Assembly (NCBI RefSeq): GCF_009914755.1
Contig: NC_060928.1
Strand: one strand, 5' to 3'
DNA length: 64,000 nucleotides
Source: the human T2T-CHM13v2.0 reference genome, Homo sapiens
The position numbers and the translations under genes are program-made. The notes under the pieces are model-generated. The model ran no database searches. It had not been told where the DNA came from and saw only the letters and a program-made list of their open reading frames with translations. How positions within the stretch are numbered: position 1 is the stretch's first letter; each line of letters starts with the position of its first letter. Below are positions 15,381-29,926 of the stretch, piece by piece.

Positions 15381-17782
15381 AACACAGAAGGAGAGAGAAA
15401 AAGGAAAAGATTTCTCTGCCTCCAAATATTCTTAATTGATTATCTAACATGGGATGTTAGCTCAGGTAATTTAGGAAATTGAAATTATATGTTTGTACAG
15501 AGATAATCTATGCTTAAAAATATCTGGTGTGGTAGGAGGAACACTGATGAACAGTTTAAAAACTTGCTTCATGCAGGCTTAATATGGGGCTAATTCAGAA
15601 ATACAGAGTTGGAGAGTTATGAGACTCAACATAAAGCGAAGCAGTTCACTGAGCGCTGTAGCGATCAAGAAAACACACATAAAAATTCCGATCAGAATGG
15701 AATGTGAGGCAAAAGCACAATTTCCTCCCAATCTGGAATATCAGCAGGATTTGCGCTTGTTGTTTGTGGTTTTCTGGGGTGGATGGTACATTACAGTGGA
15801 GCATCAGCACTAATGCTACATGGCAGCTCCTCAGAATACCATCTGCTTCCCTGAGAACTGTTAATATAGTTGTAATTATCTACTTCTAAGCACTTTATTG
15901 GGAATATCATTTGCAAATTAATCAACTACAGACTGGTAAAACAAATGACATGCTTCCCTGGAAACAACAGCAGTATTGCACATTCTTTTCCTAAGGATTA
16001 AGGGAAGCTGGAGTGAGTGAAGGGGTTTTACACATGCCTCGAAAACTGTGCCCTGTGTATAAAAGTTGAGCAGAAAGAATGACAGCATAGTGTTTTCTAA
16101 AAAGGTCTTGGGAAGATATTGGCAACAGGGAAGAGGAGGAAGACATAAAAACCTAAGAGATGGGTAGGACTGCCACGTGAGAGACAAGAGGCAGACAGTG
16201 GACTCCAACTGACAGCTCCACAGTGGTGGAGACAAAGATTCCCAGAGTCCTCTGCACTTGCTCTCTTGACTAGAGTGTGCCGCCTTCAGTCTTGCCCTCC
16301 AAATCTTCCATGCTGTCTGTGGTGTGTCGAAGGCCATTTCTCTCTGCTATAGGGCAAGAAGCAGGAGTGTTAAGGGGAGAGAAAGGGAGCACTGGAACGC
16401 TAATCCTTAATTCCCCCACCATCACTGAAATGCTCACTCCCAAGAAGGTACAGATATGTAAGTAGAAAAGCAAAGTAATGCCCGAGACCAAAAGGAGAAA
16501 AAGGCAAAAGATCTACTTGGCAGAAATGGCACAGGAGAGTCAGGGTACTTTGTATTTATGCAAACACCAAGTATGTTGCCTTGTGCTGCTCATTGTAACC
16601 AACAAAATGGCTCTAAGTCACGGGTCCTTAAGTCTGTGGCTTCAATCCAGAGGTCCAGCAGAAAAAAAGAATCTTAATCACCATTGAACAGAGCCCTAAG
16701 TGCACCTTCCTTTAGCAGCTAATCCAAGAGCCAAAAGACAAGGAAATACCGCTCTTGCTCTCCTCTGAAAAGGCCCTGCCTCCCAGCCTGGCTGTCACCT
16801 GGAAAGAGAAGGACTCAGTCTCCCCAGGCTATACCAGGCTATAACAAATGGCCCTTCTGTGATTTCACCAGCATCTTGTCAGCCCATACTTCACACAGCA
16901 AAAGAGAATCAGAGAAGCACACACAGAGAGAATGGGATTGTGCACACTTGCGTGGGATATGTAGTATGCTTTATGTGATCAGCTTAGGAAGACCCGAGCT
17001 GACCTTCACTGATTGAAATGATGGCTTATTGGCCTCATTAAATTACTGTTAAAAGAATTACTAAGACTTTTTCGGAGAGAGAAAAAAAAATTATTTGGAA
17101 TCAGACAATCCTGGTGGTGAATCCTGCCTTTGCTAATGACTTGCTTAATCACACTGTGCTTGAGTTTACTTTTTTAATCAATGAGGTTTTGATCTTTTTT
17201 TAAAGGGGTTTACATGCAACTTTGAAATACTTATTACGGAAGAAAATAAAGACATAAATGAAGACATTTTAAACCAAACTTAGAAAGGTTTGACAGAGAG
17301 AAGCTGAAAGAGAAAATGAAATAATACCATATGAACATCCATGGTTTTCCTCCCTCCTGTAGGTAGAGAAGGAATGGCCAAGAAAGCTGTAGTGGGGAGA
17401 TATCCACATTGAATTAAAGCAAGAAACATTTATTGAGCATTTACTATACTAAGCAGATTGGCTTGTCATACCTTGGGATACGGCTGTGAGAATGTGCTCT
17501 CCTATAGAGAGGGCAAACCCTATTTCTTATTAGTTCTTATAGTTCACCCCTACTCCAGACTAGAAAAAGTGAGATAAATAAATGTTCTAGGCATGGAGCT
17601 AGGTGGATAGAATGACTCATTTGACTTTTTTTCATCTGCTGTTTAAATGTGTGTGTAAACCTCCCAGGTAGGTATTTTCACCAAGTGTATTTGACACAAG
17701 TATTATTTATCCAGCCTGATCAGACCTCCCCACTGTCTGGAACAACCTCACAACAAAGGCCCATCCATTTTGCAGCTAACTC

Positions 17783-18084
17783 TTTTTTTTTTTTTTTTTT
17801 TTGAGACAGAGTCTCTCCCTGTCGCCCAGACCGGAGTGCAATAGTGTCATCTCACCTCACTGCAACCTTCACCTCCTGGATTCAAGCGATCCTAGTGCCT
17901 CAGCCTCCCGAGTAGCTGGGACTACAGGCATGCACCACCATGCTCAGCTACTTTTTGTATTTTTAATAGAGACAGGGTTTCACCATGTTGGCCAGGCTGG
18001 TCTCAAACTCCTGGGCTCAAGTGATCTGCCCACCTCAGCCTCCCAAAGTGCTGGGATTACAGGCATGAGCCATCACACTCAGCC
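17783..18084 (-). mobile_element. AluS/J
   Basis: Full antisense dimer; TSD cattttgcagctaact on both sides. Confidence 0.95.
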
Positions 18085-19157
18085 CATTTTGCAGCTAACT
18101 TCTTAAAACCTGGTGTATTCCGGAGCTGACGTACTCAAAATCGGCTCTTCTTCAGGAGGAGATAATGAGGTTCTTTCATAGTTGAGAAAATCCGCTGAGA
18201 CTTTTTTTGCCCTTCAGTTTTTGTTTTTGTTCTTGCTTTTGATTTTCTGTTCTAAATTATTTCTTCCATGAAACATAGCTTCCTCTAGGGCCCTAGTCTC
18301 TTCCTTATTTAAATATTTGAGGTGGATTTAAAGGAACAGTTTCCAGAATATACAAACAGGCCTTAATACCAAAAAACAGGTAGAAAGAAAATCTTACACA
18401 AGAGGGAATGAAGTTAGTAAGCACCCGTTAGATTTCCTGATCAACCAAGATTCTCCCTGAGAAGAGAGTATTCAACAAGCCTCAAGACCTGGTTTTGGAA
18501 CTGTGACCTTAGGTGCATTGTTTAAGCTCTCTGTGTCTTCATCCTAAAATGGAACTAAGTAATATACCTACCACTGTTATAAAGACCACATAAGAGATAA
18601 CACATTCAAAGCACCTGACACATAGTAGGTCATCACTATGCTATGTCTGCATCTCACTTACAAAGTCTGGGGCAGCCTTCAGCAGACTCCGGAATGACGG
18701 CAATGTGTGAATACATGCATGTGTTGAGTTGAGGCAAGGAGAAGCATAAAATGTGAGCTAAGGACATGAAGAGTTTATTTGTCCCTTAGGTATTTTCTCC
18801 CAGCAATCTCAAGCAGAACTTCAGCTAGCTTGTACCACATTCATCTTCTGAAGAAACAACAGATCATGAAGCTGATTAAAGAATTGTAGCCCTGCTTCAA
18901 CTACCTGAGATGTGAAGGCAGAATTAACAATGGGTTGAGCAATTGTAGGAACCTAATATTCCTTCCTGTCCTATGGTCTTCTTAGACCATTCCATACCGT
19001 CATAGAAGTGGGCCCCAAAGACACTAGAATGTGGTGAATTGGAGGTGTCTAGTTAGAGGCTACTGCCGTTGTTCGGATGGAAGAGCATGAAGGTTTGGAG
19101 GGTGTTGGATGGTGACCATGGGGACAAGAGAAGGGGCCTGGTATAAGAGAACATGGA

Positions 19158-19469
<312 letters not shown>

Positions 19470-20721
19470 AAGAAAACATGGAAAGGCAGAAATATCAGAA
19501 TATGGCAATTTATTTGAAATAGCCAGTGATTCCCCCCGATTTTTAGCTAAGGTGTAGTCTTCTAATGTTTCTATAAGAAACATGTAATATTTATACAAAA
19601 ATCACAAAACTTTTTTAAAATTGTTAAAATAAATGACATATTCCAAAAAAGGAAGGTACTTGTAATATTCTAAGGCTTTAATCTTGAGTGCCTGGGAGAG
19701 AATGCTGGCGCAATTCATACAAAGTTAGAAAATTAAGACAAACATGTTTTCCTGTGTGTGGATAGGAAAATGGTGATGAATTTACCCAGAGACCTGTTTA
19801 ATCTAAAATATTGCTAGGGTGCAAAGAAACAATGGCATATAACAAGTGTTCAATAAATGCTTGTCAATGGAATAAATAAATGACATACACTATCTGCTCT
19901 GAGAATTAAGGAGCACCAGATAAAAGAGCTAGGCAAGACTCTTACCAAGCCTGGTACACAAAAGATGAAATGGTAATGATAGCTGCAGGAAAAAAGAGAT
20001 TCCACAATGAGTTTGAAAAGCCCTGGACAAAACCATCCACACAAGTTTCTTCACATCTTGAAGGATACAGAGAAACTAGCAGGTGGATGAGGCAGTCAGC
20101 GAGGAAAGACGGAGGTAGCTGTCATCAGCAAATGCTAGCAGGAATACAGGGCTGGCCCATGATGTGGATACCCTGTGCAGACTAATGATTTCTCACCTTT
20201 TCAAAAAGGCATTCAAATGTTGCTTAAACATTTATTTAGAAGAGTGGCTGAGAGTTTCAGATAGGAAGGATGCAGAAAGGAACATTTTTCAATCTTTTCT
20301 AGAATGTTCCCAGCAATTCAGCTCTGGCCCAGACTTCCATAGCCTACTCAGCAAAGCAGTTACCAGCATCCCTCCTCTTCAGGAGGTGGTTTAGGAAACA
20401 CCCATTGTTGCTCAATGTGCCTCTTGAGATGATCAGTGCTCAAGCAGCAATCATGGAGAAGATAACCACATTTAGTCTTTTTCCTGAATAGAGTAATTTT
20501 ATATTGCTTTTTTTCATCTCCAGTGACATTTCCATGTCCCTTTGAGATTCATGCCCCAATGTCCTTGATTCTGCTTTGCCTGAGATGCACATTCATAAGG
20601 TCAATCCTCTCCCAGTACAATCACCAAGTACAAGGTGGGGACCACATAAACTTCTTCAGATTAAAACAATTGTAGTGCTATTTGTGTGGGACAAGAAAGA
20701 GGGGCTTATTTTCTCCCTTAG

Positions 20722-20765
20722 GATTCCAAATTTTCAGCTGCTTCTGAAGTAGTGGTGGCAGAAAG
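20722..20765 (+). other. Candidate short cassette exon (44 nt)
   Basis: cttattttctcccttag| acceptor and AAG|GTGAGT donor. Confidence 0.3.
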
Positions 20766-21624
20766 GTGAGTACACAGGATAACTGGTATCCAGCCAAACC
20801 TCTTGGAGATGTTTTATGGTCCCACAACCCTTGGCAAAAGTGCCAGGAAGTCCGCTCTGCCTTTCTGCAAATGCCAGCACACCAACGGGGTGGTCACACC
20901 TGGGCCAGCAGCGTGCTTTGAACTCTTGTTATCTGGCACCAACTGTCCCTGAATCTCTCTCCAAGGCTGAGAGCAGCTGTCAGATCAATGCCTGCAGGCT
21001 GGGATTGCTACATTCCCGGGCCGAATCTTACAAACAGCAACCAGGTTATCTCCTCCGTCATACTGGGCTCTAGCTTGCCCTGAATTCTTCAGTGAAGGAG
21101 TCATTTTTCTGTCACTGCCTGCGTCACTGCCTCACCCCATGAGAGCCACCATCAAGATAAAGCCTCAGGGGAGGCGTCCTGCTCAGTTAACAATTGATCA
21201 ATCAAAGAGTTGTCTCCATTATTCTCTTAACTCTTACCTATCTTCACTAAACACCTACAGCCACTGGCTGGACTCCAGAGGCCCCTCCTCCCCTCCTCCA
21301 AACATGGACGCTTCTGGTACTAGTCATAAATGTGAAGATAGGGATGATGTTTGGATATTTGATGATCAGTGTGGGGTACCTCAGACCTGGTACCGGAGGC
21401 CATACAGACATAAGCCAACACAAAGGCCACTTCCACATTCTGAACTCACACCTCCACCTGCCCATCCGTCCTGTTGAGAAGCCCCATGGAGAGAGTTCTT
21501 CCTGCTGATAATGCCTAGTCACAGAGTCCCATCAGTAAAGAGAAGTGATTTCTCTCTTTAGACAAATTTTAGACATAAAGTTTGAGGATTTCTCTCCTTA
21601 GGAATAAGTCAATTCATTTTGAGG

Positions 21625-22522
21625 ACTAATATCCATAATCTATAAGGAACTTAAACAAATCAGCAAGAAAAAAAGAGCCCCATTAAAAAGTGGAACAAAG
21701 GAGATGAGCAGGCACTTCTCAAAAGAAGACATACGAGCAGCCAACAAACATGAAAAAAATGCTCAATATTACTAACCATCAGGGAGATGCAAATCAAAAC
21801 CTCAATGAGATACCATCTCACACCAGTCAGAATGGCTATTATCAAAAAGTCAGAAAATAACAGATGTTGGCGAGGTTGCAGAGAAAAGGGAATGCTTATA
21901 CACTGTTGGTGGGAACACAAATTAGTTCAGACACTGTAGAAAGCAGTTTGTAGATTTCTCAAAGAAATAAAAATAGAATTGCCATTCGGCCCAGCAATCC
22001 CATTACTGGGACATGGTCAAAGGAAAATAAATCCTTCTACCAAAAAGACACCTACACTCACATGTTTATTGCAGCACTATTCACAATAGCAAAGACATGA
22101 AATCAACCCAGGTACCCATCAACGGTGGATTGGATAAAGAAAATGTGGTACATATACACTATGGAATACCACACAGCCATAAAAATGAATGAAATCATGT
22201 CCTTTGCAGCAACATGGATATAGCTGGGGGCCATTATCCTAAGCAAATTAATGCAGGAACAAAAAAATGAAATAATGCACGTTCTCACTTATAAGTGGGA
22301 GCTAAACACTGGGTGCATAAGGACAGAAAGATGAGAACAATAAACACTAAAGATTCCAAAGGGGAAAGGGAGGGAGACAAAGGTTGAAAAACTACCTATT
22401 GGATATTATGTTTACTATTTCAGCTACTGGATCATTAGAAACCCAAAGCTCAGCATTACACAATATACCCATTTAACAAACCTTCACATGTACCTCTTGA
22501 ATCTAAAAAAAGAAAAGGAAAA
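21625..22522 (+). mobile_element. L1 3' end (ORF2 C-terminus remnant plus 3' UTR), L1PB/old L1PA-like, 5'-truncated
   Basis: gagataccatctcacaccagtcagaatggctatt, cccagcaatcccattactggg, gttctcacttataagtgggagctaaac, A-rich tail. Confidence 0.92.
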
Positions 22523-22894
22523 GTAATATGTCCATTTGTTTTACAATTCCTTTGCACAACTCTAGGAACTACTAAAAGAAATAGCAAATCCTACTCACCC
22601 ACTCATCCCGTAACAAGATGGTGGGGAAAAAAAAATGAGGACATCTCCAATACCCACAAAAGAAACTGTAACATTATTTTTTTAAATTTTTACACAAAAT
22701 AAATCTTAATTCATTCTACTTTTTAGAGGAAACTTTTAGAAGACAGGGAATAACAAAATTGAACAGAGAATGAGACGGGGAGTCACAGATTTGGGGAAAG
22801 AGAAACAAGAAAAAGATAAAATGTTTCCCTCCGAAGAGTTCTGAGTTTGGACATTCCTTAAATTTTTACTATATTTTATTACATATATATTAGT

Positions 22895-23130
22895 ATTAGC
22901 CAATTTATTGAACACTTACCAGGTGTCATGTGCTGTGTATGCATTCTATAAGCATTAACTTGTTCATTTTATTTAATCTTTATGGCAAACCTAAGACGTA
23001 CAATGGTATTATCTTCATTTTATACCTGAGGAAATTAGACAACTTGTCAAAGGTCACAGAATGAGAGATGGCAGAACCTGGTTTTTATCAATGTCTTTCT
23101 GACTCCAAAATCTGTGCTCTTAGTCATTCA
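22895..23130 (-). mobile_element. MIR
   Basis: atttattgaacacttac...cattttatacctgaggaaa...aaggtcacaga. Confidence 0.7.
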
Positions 23131-23262
23131 ACTGAATTAACTCCCAAACAAAACTAAAATTTCATATAAATAAAATGTATTACTAATCTTTACCACCAAA
23201 CATAGAGGAAATATTTGCATATGCATCATAGTACAGAGGAAATGTATAAAATGGTAAGTTTT

Positions 23263-23418
23263 GGCTGACTGCAGTGACTCAGGCCTGTAATCTTAGCACT
23301 TTGGGAGGCCGAGGCAGGAGGATCACTTGAGGCCAGGAGTTAAAGATTGCCGTGAGCTATGATCACACCACTGTACTTCAGCCTGGGTGACAGAGCAGAC
23401 CCTCACTCAAAAAATAAA
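23263..23418 (+). mobile_element. Monomeric Alu (FRAM/FAM-like or collapsed dimer)
   Basis: ~155 bp, left-arm-like start running into the right-arm gtgagctatgatcacaccactg...; short A tail. Confidence 0.85.
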
Positions 23419-23919
23419 GTAAAATTTTCAAAAGCTTGACAATGAATGGAATTGTTAAATTAACTAGCTAAAATGATTTGGTTTGTTCCAATAACAGTAA
23501 GACCGTTCTTCACTCAAAGTTCACCATTCCTTCTGGTAGGAGAATAAAAATGTTCTAGAAGCATCCCAGATACTGCAGCATTTGGAATGTTAATTTTAGC
23601 AAGTCCCAGTGTTTGGAACATCTGCCTCACTGAGAGATACCCATTGATAACACACTGGGGGGAAGGTAAAGGGTACAAGAGAAGCATGTAATTCAGGGAC
23701 CATCTCCAAGGGCAAAAGATATCATCATGATGTTTGACTCTGGGCTTGAGTCAAAAAGCAGAGGAGGCTAAAAAATGTGCTTTCAGTTGTCAAGAGAATA
23801 AATCTCATCCTCCCATCCTAGAGGCAGAGTGAAGCTCATTAGCATAGAGTAGAAAGTCCTCCAGGACTCTTCATCAACCTTCTGTCCACACTGCTGTGCA
23901 TTACGCTTGTGAGAGACAG

Positions 23920-24130
23920 TACCTTGAGGTAGTTAAGAAAACAGTCTCAAAGCCAGGATGCATCTCTTGATATCCGAACTTTTTAACCCATTAAATACAT
24001 CAACTTCTCTGTGCCTCAATTTCCTCATCCATCAATGGGAATAATAATAATACTTATCTCATAGAGTTAGTGTGAGAATTTGATGAGCTAACGTATACAA
24101 AGTGATTGCGATTTTGTCCAGCAAATAGCC
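23920..24130 (+). mobile_element. MIR
   Basis: aacttctctgtgcctcaatttcctcatc...aatggggataataata core. Confidence 0.75.
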
Positions 24131-24827
24131 AATGCCACATACAAATGTCTGTTGCCATTGTTATAAAAATTTAAAGTGATTACACTGAATCCCTCCTTTC
24201 ATATTCTATAAGCAGCATCAAACTCCCTAAGAGAAATTCTTGAAAAGTCCAAGGTTATACTGTAGCATCTTCTTTTAAAGGTCCTAGGGAAATGGCAAAA
24301 GTCTAATTAAATTTGTTCTCAGAAACAAAAATTGATTTTCTTTTTCAATAATTCTATTAATTGAATCTCCTCCTTCACCTCAGCCAAAGACTAGAACTTT
24401 GAAGAACAAACTCTTGTCTTTGTCATTTAAATAAGTTAGTATTATACTACTTTGTCAATAATAACACCTTTTACTGGCAGTTAGACACAATACTAAACTG
24501 GCTACTAATCTATCTTATGCCACCTCCCAAATAATCAAAATAATGCAAATATAAACCATCTTCATACATAAAAATTAGCAAAAGAAACAAAACTAAGCAA
24601 AAAATTATAATACCTAATGCTGGCAGAGTTGCAACTAGGCACATATACTCAAGCATACCTTTTGCGTAACAGTGTAAAATGTTTTGACCCTTTTGGAAAA
24701 CATCATGACAGTATGCTTTAAAAAATTATAAAATTTACCCCTATAAATTTGTATTTAAAAACTATTCAAAAGATGAAAGCTATAGGCACAAAGACAGAAG
24801 GGTTTTTATGGTAAAAGGAAATTATGA

Positions 24828-25342
<515 letters not shown>

Positions 25343-26164
25343 TATGCCATCATTAAAAATAGTAACTATGGAAGTTGTACAGAAACATGAAAATATGGAT
25401 TACAACCACATTAAATTTTATATAATTTAGGGCTAAAGTAGAAAGGACAATATAGACAAATTCAGTTTGATTTACAAATAAAATGTTTTCCTTCCTTCAC
25501 TTAGCATTCCACTAATGTTACTATGATATTACACATGTGTTAACAGTTTTCCCTTTTTTAAGAAAGAAAGAAATATCCCTTCTCTGAGACGCAATTCCTA
25601 TAAATAAGATGGAAGTCAAAAGTCAGCTAAATGTTCTTATTGATGATAAGCCAAAAACTCAAGAGTTTAATTCCTATCACCAACCTACATTCCAGTAAGA
25701 GTTGAGTAGGGGCATTGATGGGAAGGGGCACGACAGTGTCGTTACTGAGTGCAGCAGCCCTGTCTTCACACCCTGGGGGCTGCAGTGGGTTGGGAGGAAG
25801 CCCAAAACCTAACCAAATCCCTCAGATAGATTATGGAACCCATGCAGACTGCACGCCTACTGTCACATTGGACCAAAAGAGAATTGGGATCCATAGAAAG
25901 AGGGAGAATGGAGATAAGACGTTAAGGATAAGACAGGTACTCAAAAATGGGAAAGGGGTCAGTAGGTTGCTGAGGAGATGGGAAATAAAGAGAGCTCTGG
26001 AAGGAGAAAAAGTTAATGAGAAACAAAAGGCAGAGTGCATAGAACATCCTCAAGGACACATCATACAGGTTCTTGTTAAAGGAATAAATAAGTGAAAGAA
26101 TGACCTAGCGATGCCTAAATGCTAACACAATACCTGGTCTGGCATATGCTCAGTCATTTTTTCA

Positions 26165-27485
26165 AACACTTATTCGTTCACTCATTCTGAAAATATTTAC
26201 TGAGCATGTCTTATACGGCAGGGAATTGTCTAGACAAGGTAAAGAAAGCATTGAACAAAACAGACAAAACTCCATGCCCTTGAGGAGCTTACATTATGGT
26301 GCAAATGGGGGCAAAGTGGAAAGGGGAGGTGGAGATGACTGATCATAATAAGCAAATAAAGAAAACAAACAAAACATGAGATCATGATGCAAGCCATGGA
26401 GAAGTGCAAGAGTTCAGGGAGATGAGAGTATTTGGGGGTAAGAGAGAAGCCTGCAGTTTTAAATTGCGTGCTCAGGAGAGACCTCACTGAAAAGGTGATG
26501 TTTGTGAAAAGACTTGAGGAAACTACAAGAGCAAGTCATATGGATATCTATATCTAAGGAAGGGGGAGAAAACAGCAAGTGCAAAGGCCCTGAGGTAGAA
26601 GCATGTCACGCATGTTCAAAGATCAGCAAGGAGCCCAGTGTCAATGCAGCAGAGATGAGCACAGAGAGGGAGGGGCTGGGGCTTCAGAGACAATTTGAAG
26701 ATCACGACTTTTACCCTGAGTGATATGGGGAGCCCCTGAAGGGTCTTGAGCTGAAGAGGGGAATGATGGAACTAGTTTTTAACAGAGCCTGCTGCTGGAT
26801 TGAGAACAGTCCACAGGAGAAAGGAAAGAATCAGTGAGGTCAGTTTGAAGCCTGTTTTAATAACCTAGCTAACAGGCTTGGACCACAGCGATAATTGAAA
26901 TACACTAAAGAGTGACTAGGGCTGGGCACGGTGGCTCACGCCTCTAATCCCTGCACTTTGAGAAGCCAAGGGGGGCAGATCACGAGGTCAGGAAATTGAG
27001 ACCATCCTGGCTAACACGGTGAAACCCCGTCTCTACTAAAAATACAAAAAATTAGCCGGGCGTGGTGGCAGGCGCCTGTAGTCCCAGCTACTCGGGAGGC
27101 TGAGGCAGGAGAATGGTGGCCACTGCACTCCAGCCTGGGTGACAGAGCGAGACTCCGTCTCAAAAAAAAAACACACACACACACAAAAACAAAACAAAAT
27201 AAAAAAAAAAAAGAGTGACTAGATCCCAGGGATGTTTTGAAGCTGAATCCCATGAGATTTACAAATGGATTGCCTATGGTATGTGCTAGAAAGAGTGGGG
27301 TCCAGGATGACTCCAAGCTTTGGGGGTCTGAACAAATGGAAAATGGAGCTTCTAGGTGCTGAGATGGGAAAGGCTATGGGAGGAATAGGTTTGGATGGAG
27401 AAAATCAAGAGTCACCCTTGGGAACATCATAAGTTTGTGAAATGATTAGATATTCAAGCAGAGTTGTCCTGTTGACTGGAGCTTA
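26165..27485 (-). mobile_element. L2a, long fragment interrupted by an AluY
   Basis: atatttactgagca, ggagcttacatt, gtgcaaaggccctgaggtag, ggatgactccaag motifs. Confidence 0.85.
26920..27209 (+). mobile_element. AluY with a ~45 bp right-arm deletion and a CA-microsatellite tail
   Basis: gatcacgaggtcagga, accatcctggctaacacggtg; gaatggtg joined to gccactgcac; perfect TSD aaagagtgactag (26907-26919, 27210-27222). Confidence 0.95.
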
Positions 27486-28099
27486 GGTGGAATGAATATC
27501 TGTACAAATGATCAAAGGACAGAAAAATGAGAAATTAAAACTGAGAATGGGACCAAATGAAAGGAGAGAGTCAGAAAGATAAAACAATAATACTAATAAG
27601 GAAACAAAAGACAGAGGGACAAAGAAAGAAACCACCCACAAAACAGGGGAAAGGATGAGAGGGAGGCAAGGTGAGAGCTGTTTCCACGCGCTCACATTGT
27701 CAGGTAACCCTCCCATCTACCATTTCCCCTTTTGCCATTCTGCTAAACTAAGAACATGTGTCTGACTCTGCCGCCGCCTGACACTAAATACCAGTGACAT
27801 GATGATTTCCTGTAAGTTTGTCTTAAATGTGCTCACGTTTGTCTGAAATGTGTTCATTCCGGCCGGGCTGTGGGATCACAGGAAATTGGAAATCTGTTCA
27901 CAGCTCAGAGGCACCCAGCCTTCTGCATCATACACTGCCGACCCAGCCTGCATCCTCTTTAATAGATGTTCGCCGTGGAATAAGAATTGTTTTCAGGTCC
28001 TTCTTCTGCACTCCTGACTTAGGTAGGCTGGGGAAAGGCTGTTCACCATTAATAAGGAGGATTAGGGAGACATGAAGAGAGGGAAGGTGGAAAACGAGG

Positions 28100-28113
28100 T
28101 GGGGAATTCCCCA
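28100..28113. promoter_or_regulatory. Palindromic NF-kB site TGGGGAATTCCCCA
   Basis: Perfect 14-bp palindrome containing GGGGAATTCCCC. Confidence 0.5.
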
Positions 28114-28655
28114 GTCAGCAGCTTTCTCTGTCTGCTCTTGCCTGCAGTTAGGTACCAAGGCTGATTTAAAGCAAAGAATTAGCTCCTCTGGAATAATCCC
28201 AGGAAAGCTATCTCGCAGCCTTTCGTTTTGGGTTTATTTCCTTGGTTCCACATTTCTACAGCAAAGCTGGAGGAGCTAAGGTAACACAGAAGTCCTGGGG
28301 CTTGCCTTACCACTTACTGGCTGTGTCATCTTGGGCAAGTCACACAACCTGCCAGCGCTGGGCTGTCTCATTTGGAAAAATGAAGATAATTAGTCGTTGC
28401 CTTCCAGAAGGCAGGATGCCCAGCCAGATGATCTGGCTCAACCCCTTCCAGCTCTGAGGTCTATGATCGTGTGATGTTTATAGATAGTGAAATGCACAAG
28501 GGCAGGAGTTGAGAGATGTGAGCAGGAAACAGATGAGCTCGGTCACTCTCCCACACCCCCTCCAAGTGGAACTTCTTATAGGATCTTTAGTCAAAAGAGA
28601 AAACCCCTATCTTGGCTCTCTGTTATGTGCACAGTAGTGGAACATGAAACAATGA

Positions 28656-29033
<378 letters not shown>

Positions 29034-29926
29034 TGACTTCCATTCTCTATGTCCTAGGGGACTCATTTGTAAAACGAATATAGAATAACACCAAGAAATC
29101 CAGGTTGTTGAGAATATTAAATAAGATGATATCAACAGAGAGCAGGTGGTCAGAAATTAAATAAACAAATAAATAAGTAAATAAAGATGATAACTTTAAA
29201 ATGCCAAGTTTATCAGTCATGGTACAGACATAAAAACAGAAATCATTGTAGGTATTTTAGACAGGAGGTACTTAATACAGAGGATTGTTTATCCAGGTGA
29301 TGGACAAGCACCCAGCATCCCCTCACCTCCAACCTCAGCTCAGGCTCTGGACCTCCAAACCCCAGCCTGAGCCTAAGATTCCAGCATGCTCATTACCTGG
29401 GAGAGAAAATCAGACATTAATGAAAAATCTGAGAGCAGACTGATGAGAGGAGAGCACTGAGCACCCGAATTGTTGGGGCACAAAATGGTGATGAGAGGCA
29501 AAAAATAACTTACAGGATTGCCTAGTGCTTGCAAGGAACACCTTTTTCCTAGTCTTGGTTTCCATGGGGGAAAGATTTCCCTGGGAAACAGCTGTCTTTC
29601 CCCATCCGATTATAGTGGAGGAATGGAGTGATTCATTTGTTTGAATTTGGGAAGAACTGAGCCTGCGCAGCTCAGCTCAGGTCCATCCTCATCTCGGGCA
29701 CCAGCTACTCTCAGGAAGCTGGCATTCCCTTCAGCAAGCACCAACGGGATGGGGGAACATCCTGCAATGATTGGATGGATAAAGTGATCTAATCCTTGGT
29801 TACAGTGATGGGCCATTTGCTTCTCATGGGCAAACCTCATATCAGCTCCCATAGAAATAAAGATGATGCCATTTTAGCTGCCATTTTGACTCTTTTATTT
29901 CTCAATTTGTTCAAAGCCCAGGTAGG

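Noticed and set aside
21660-22288. ORFs over the L1 element
   Set aside because: Antisense frames of a decayed L1 ORF2 end; no intact reverse transcriptase or endonuclease
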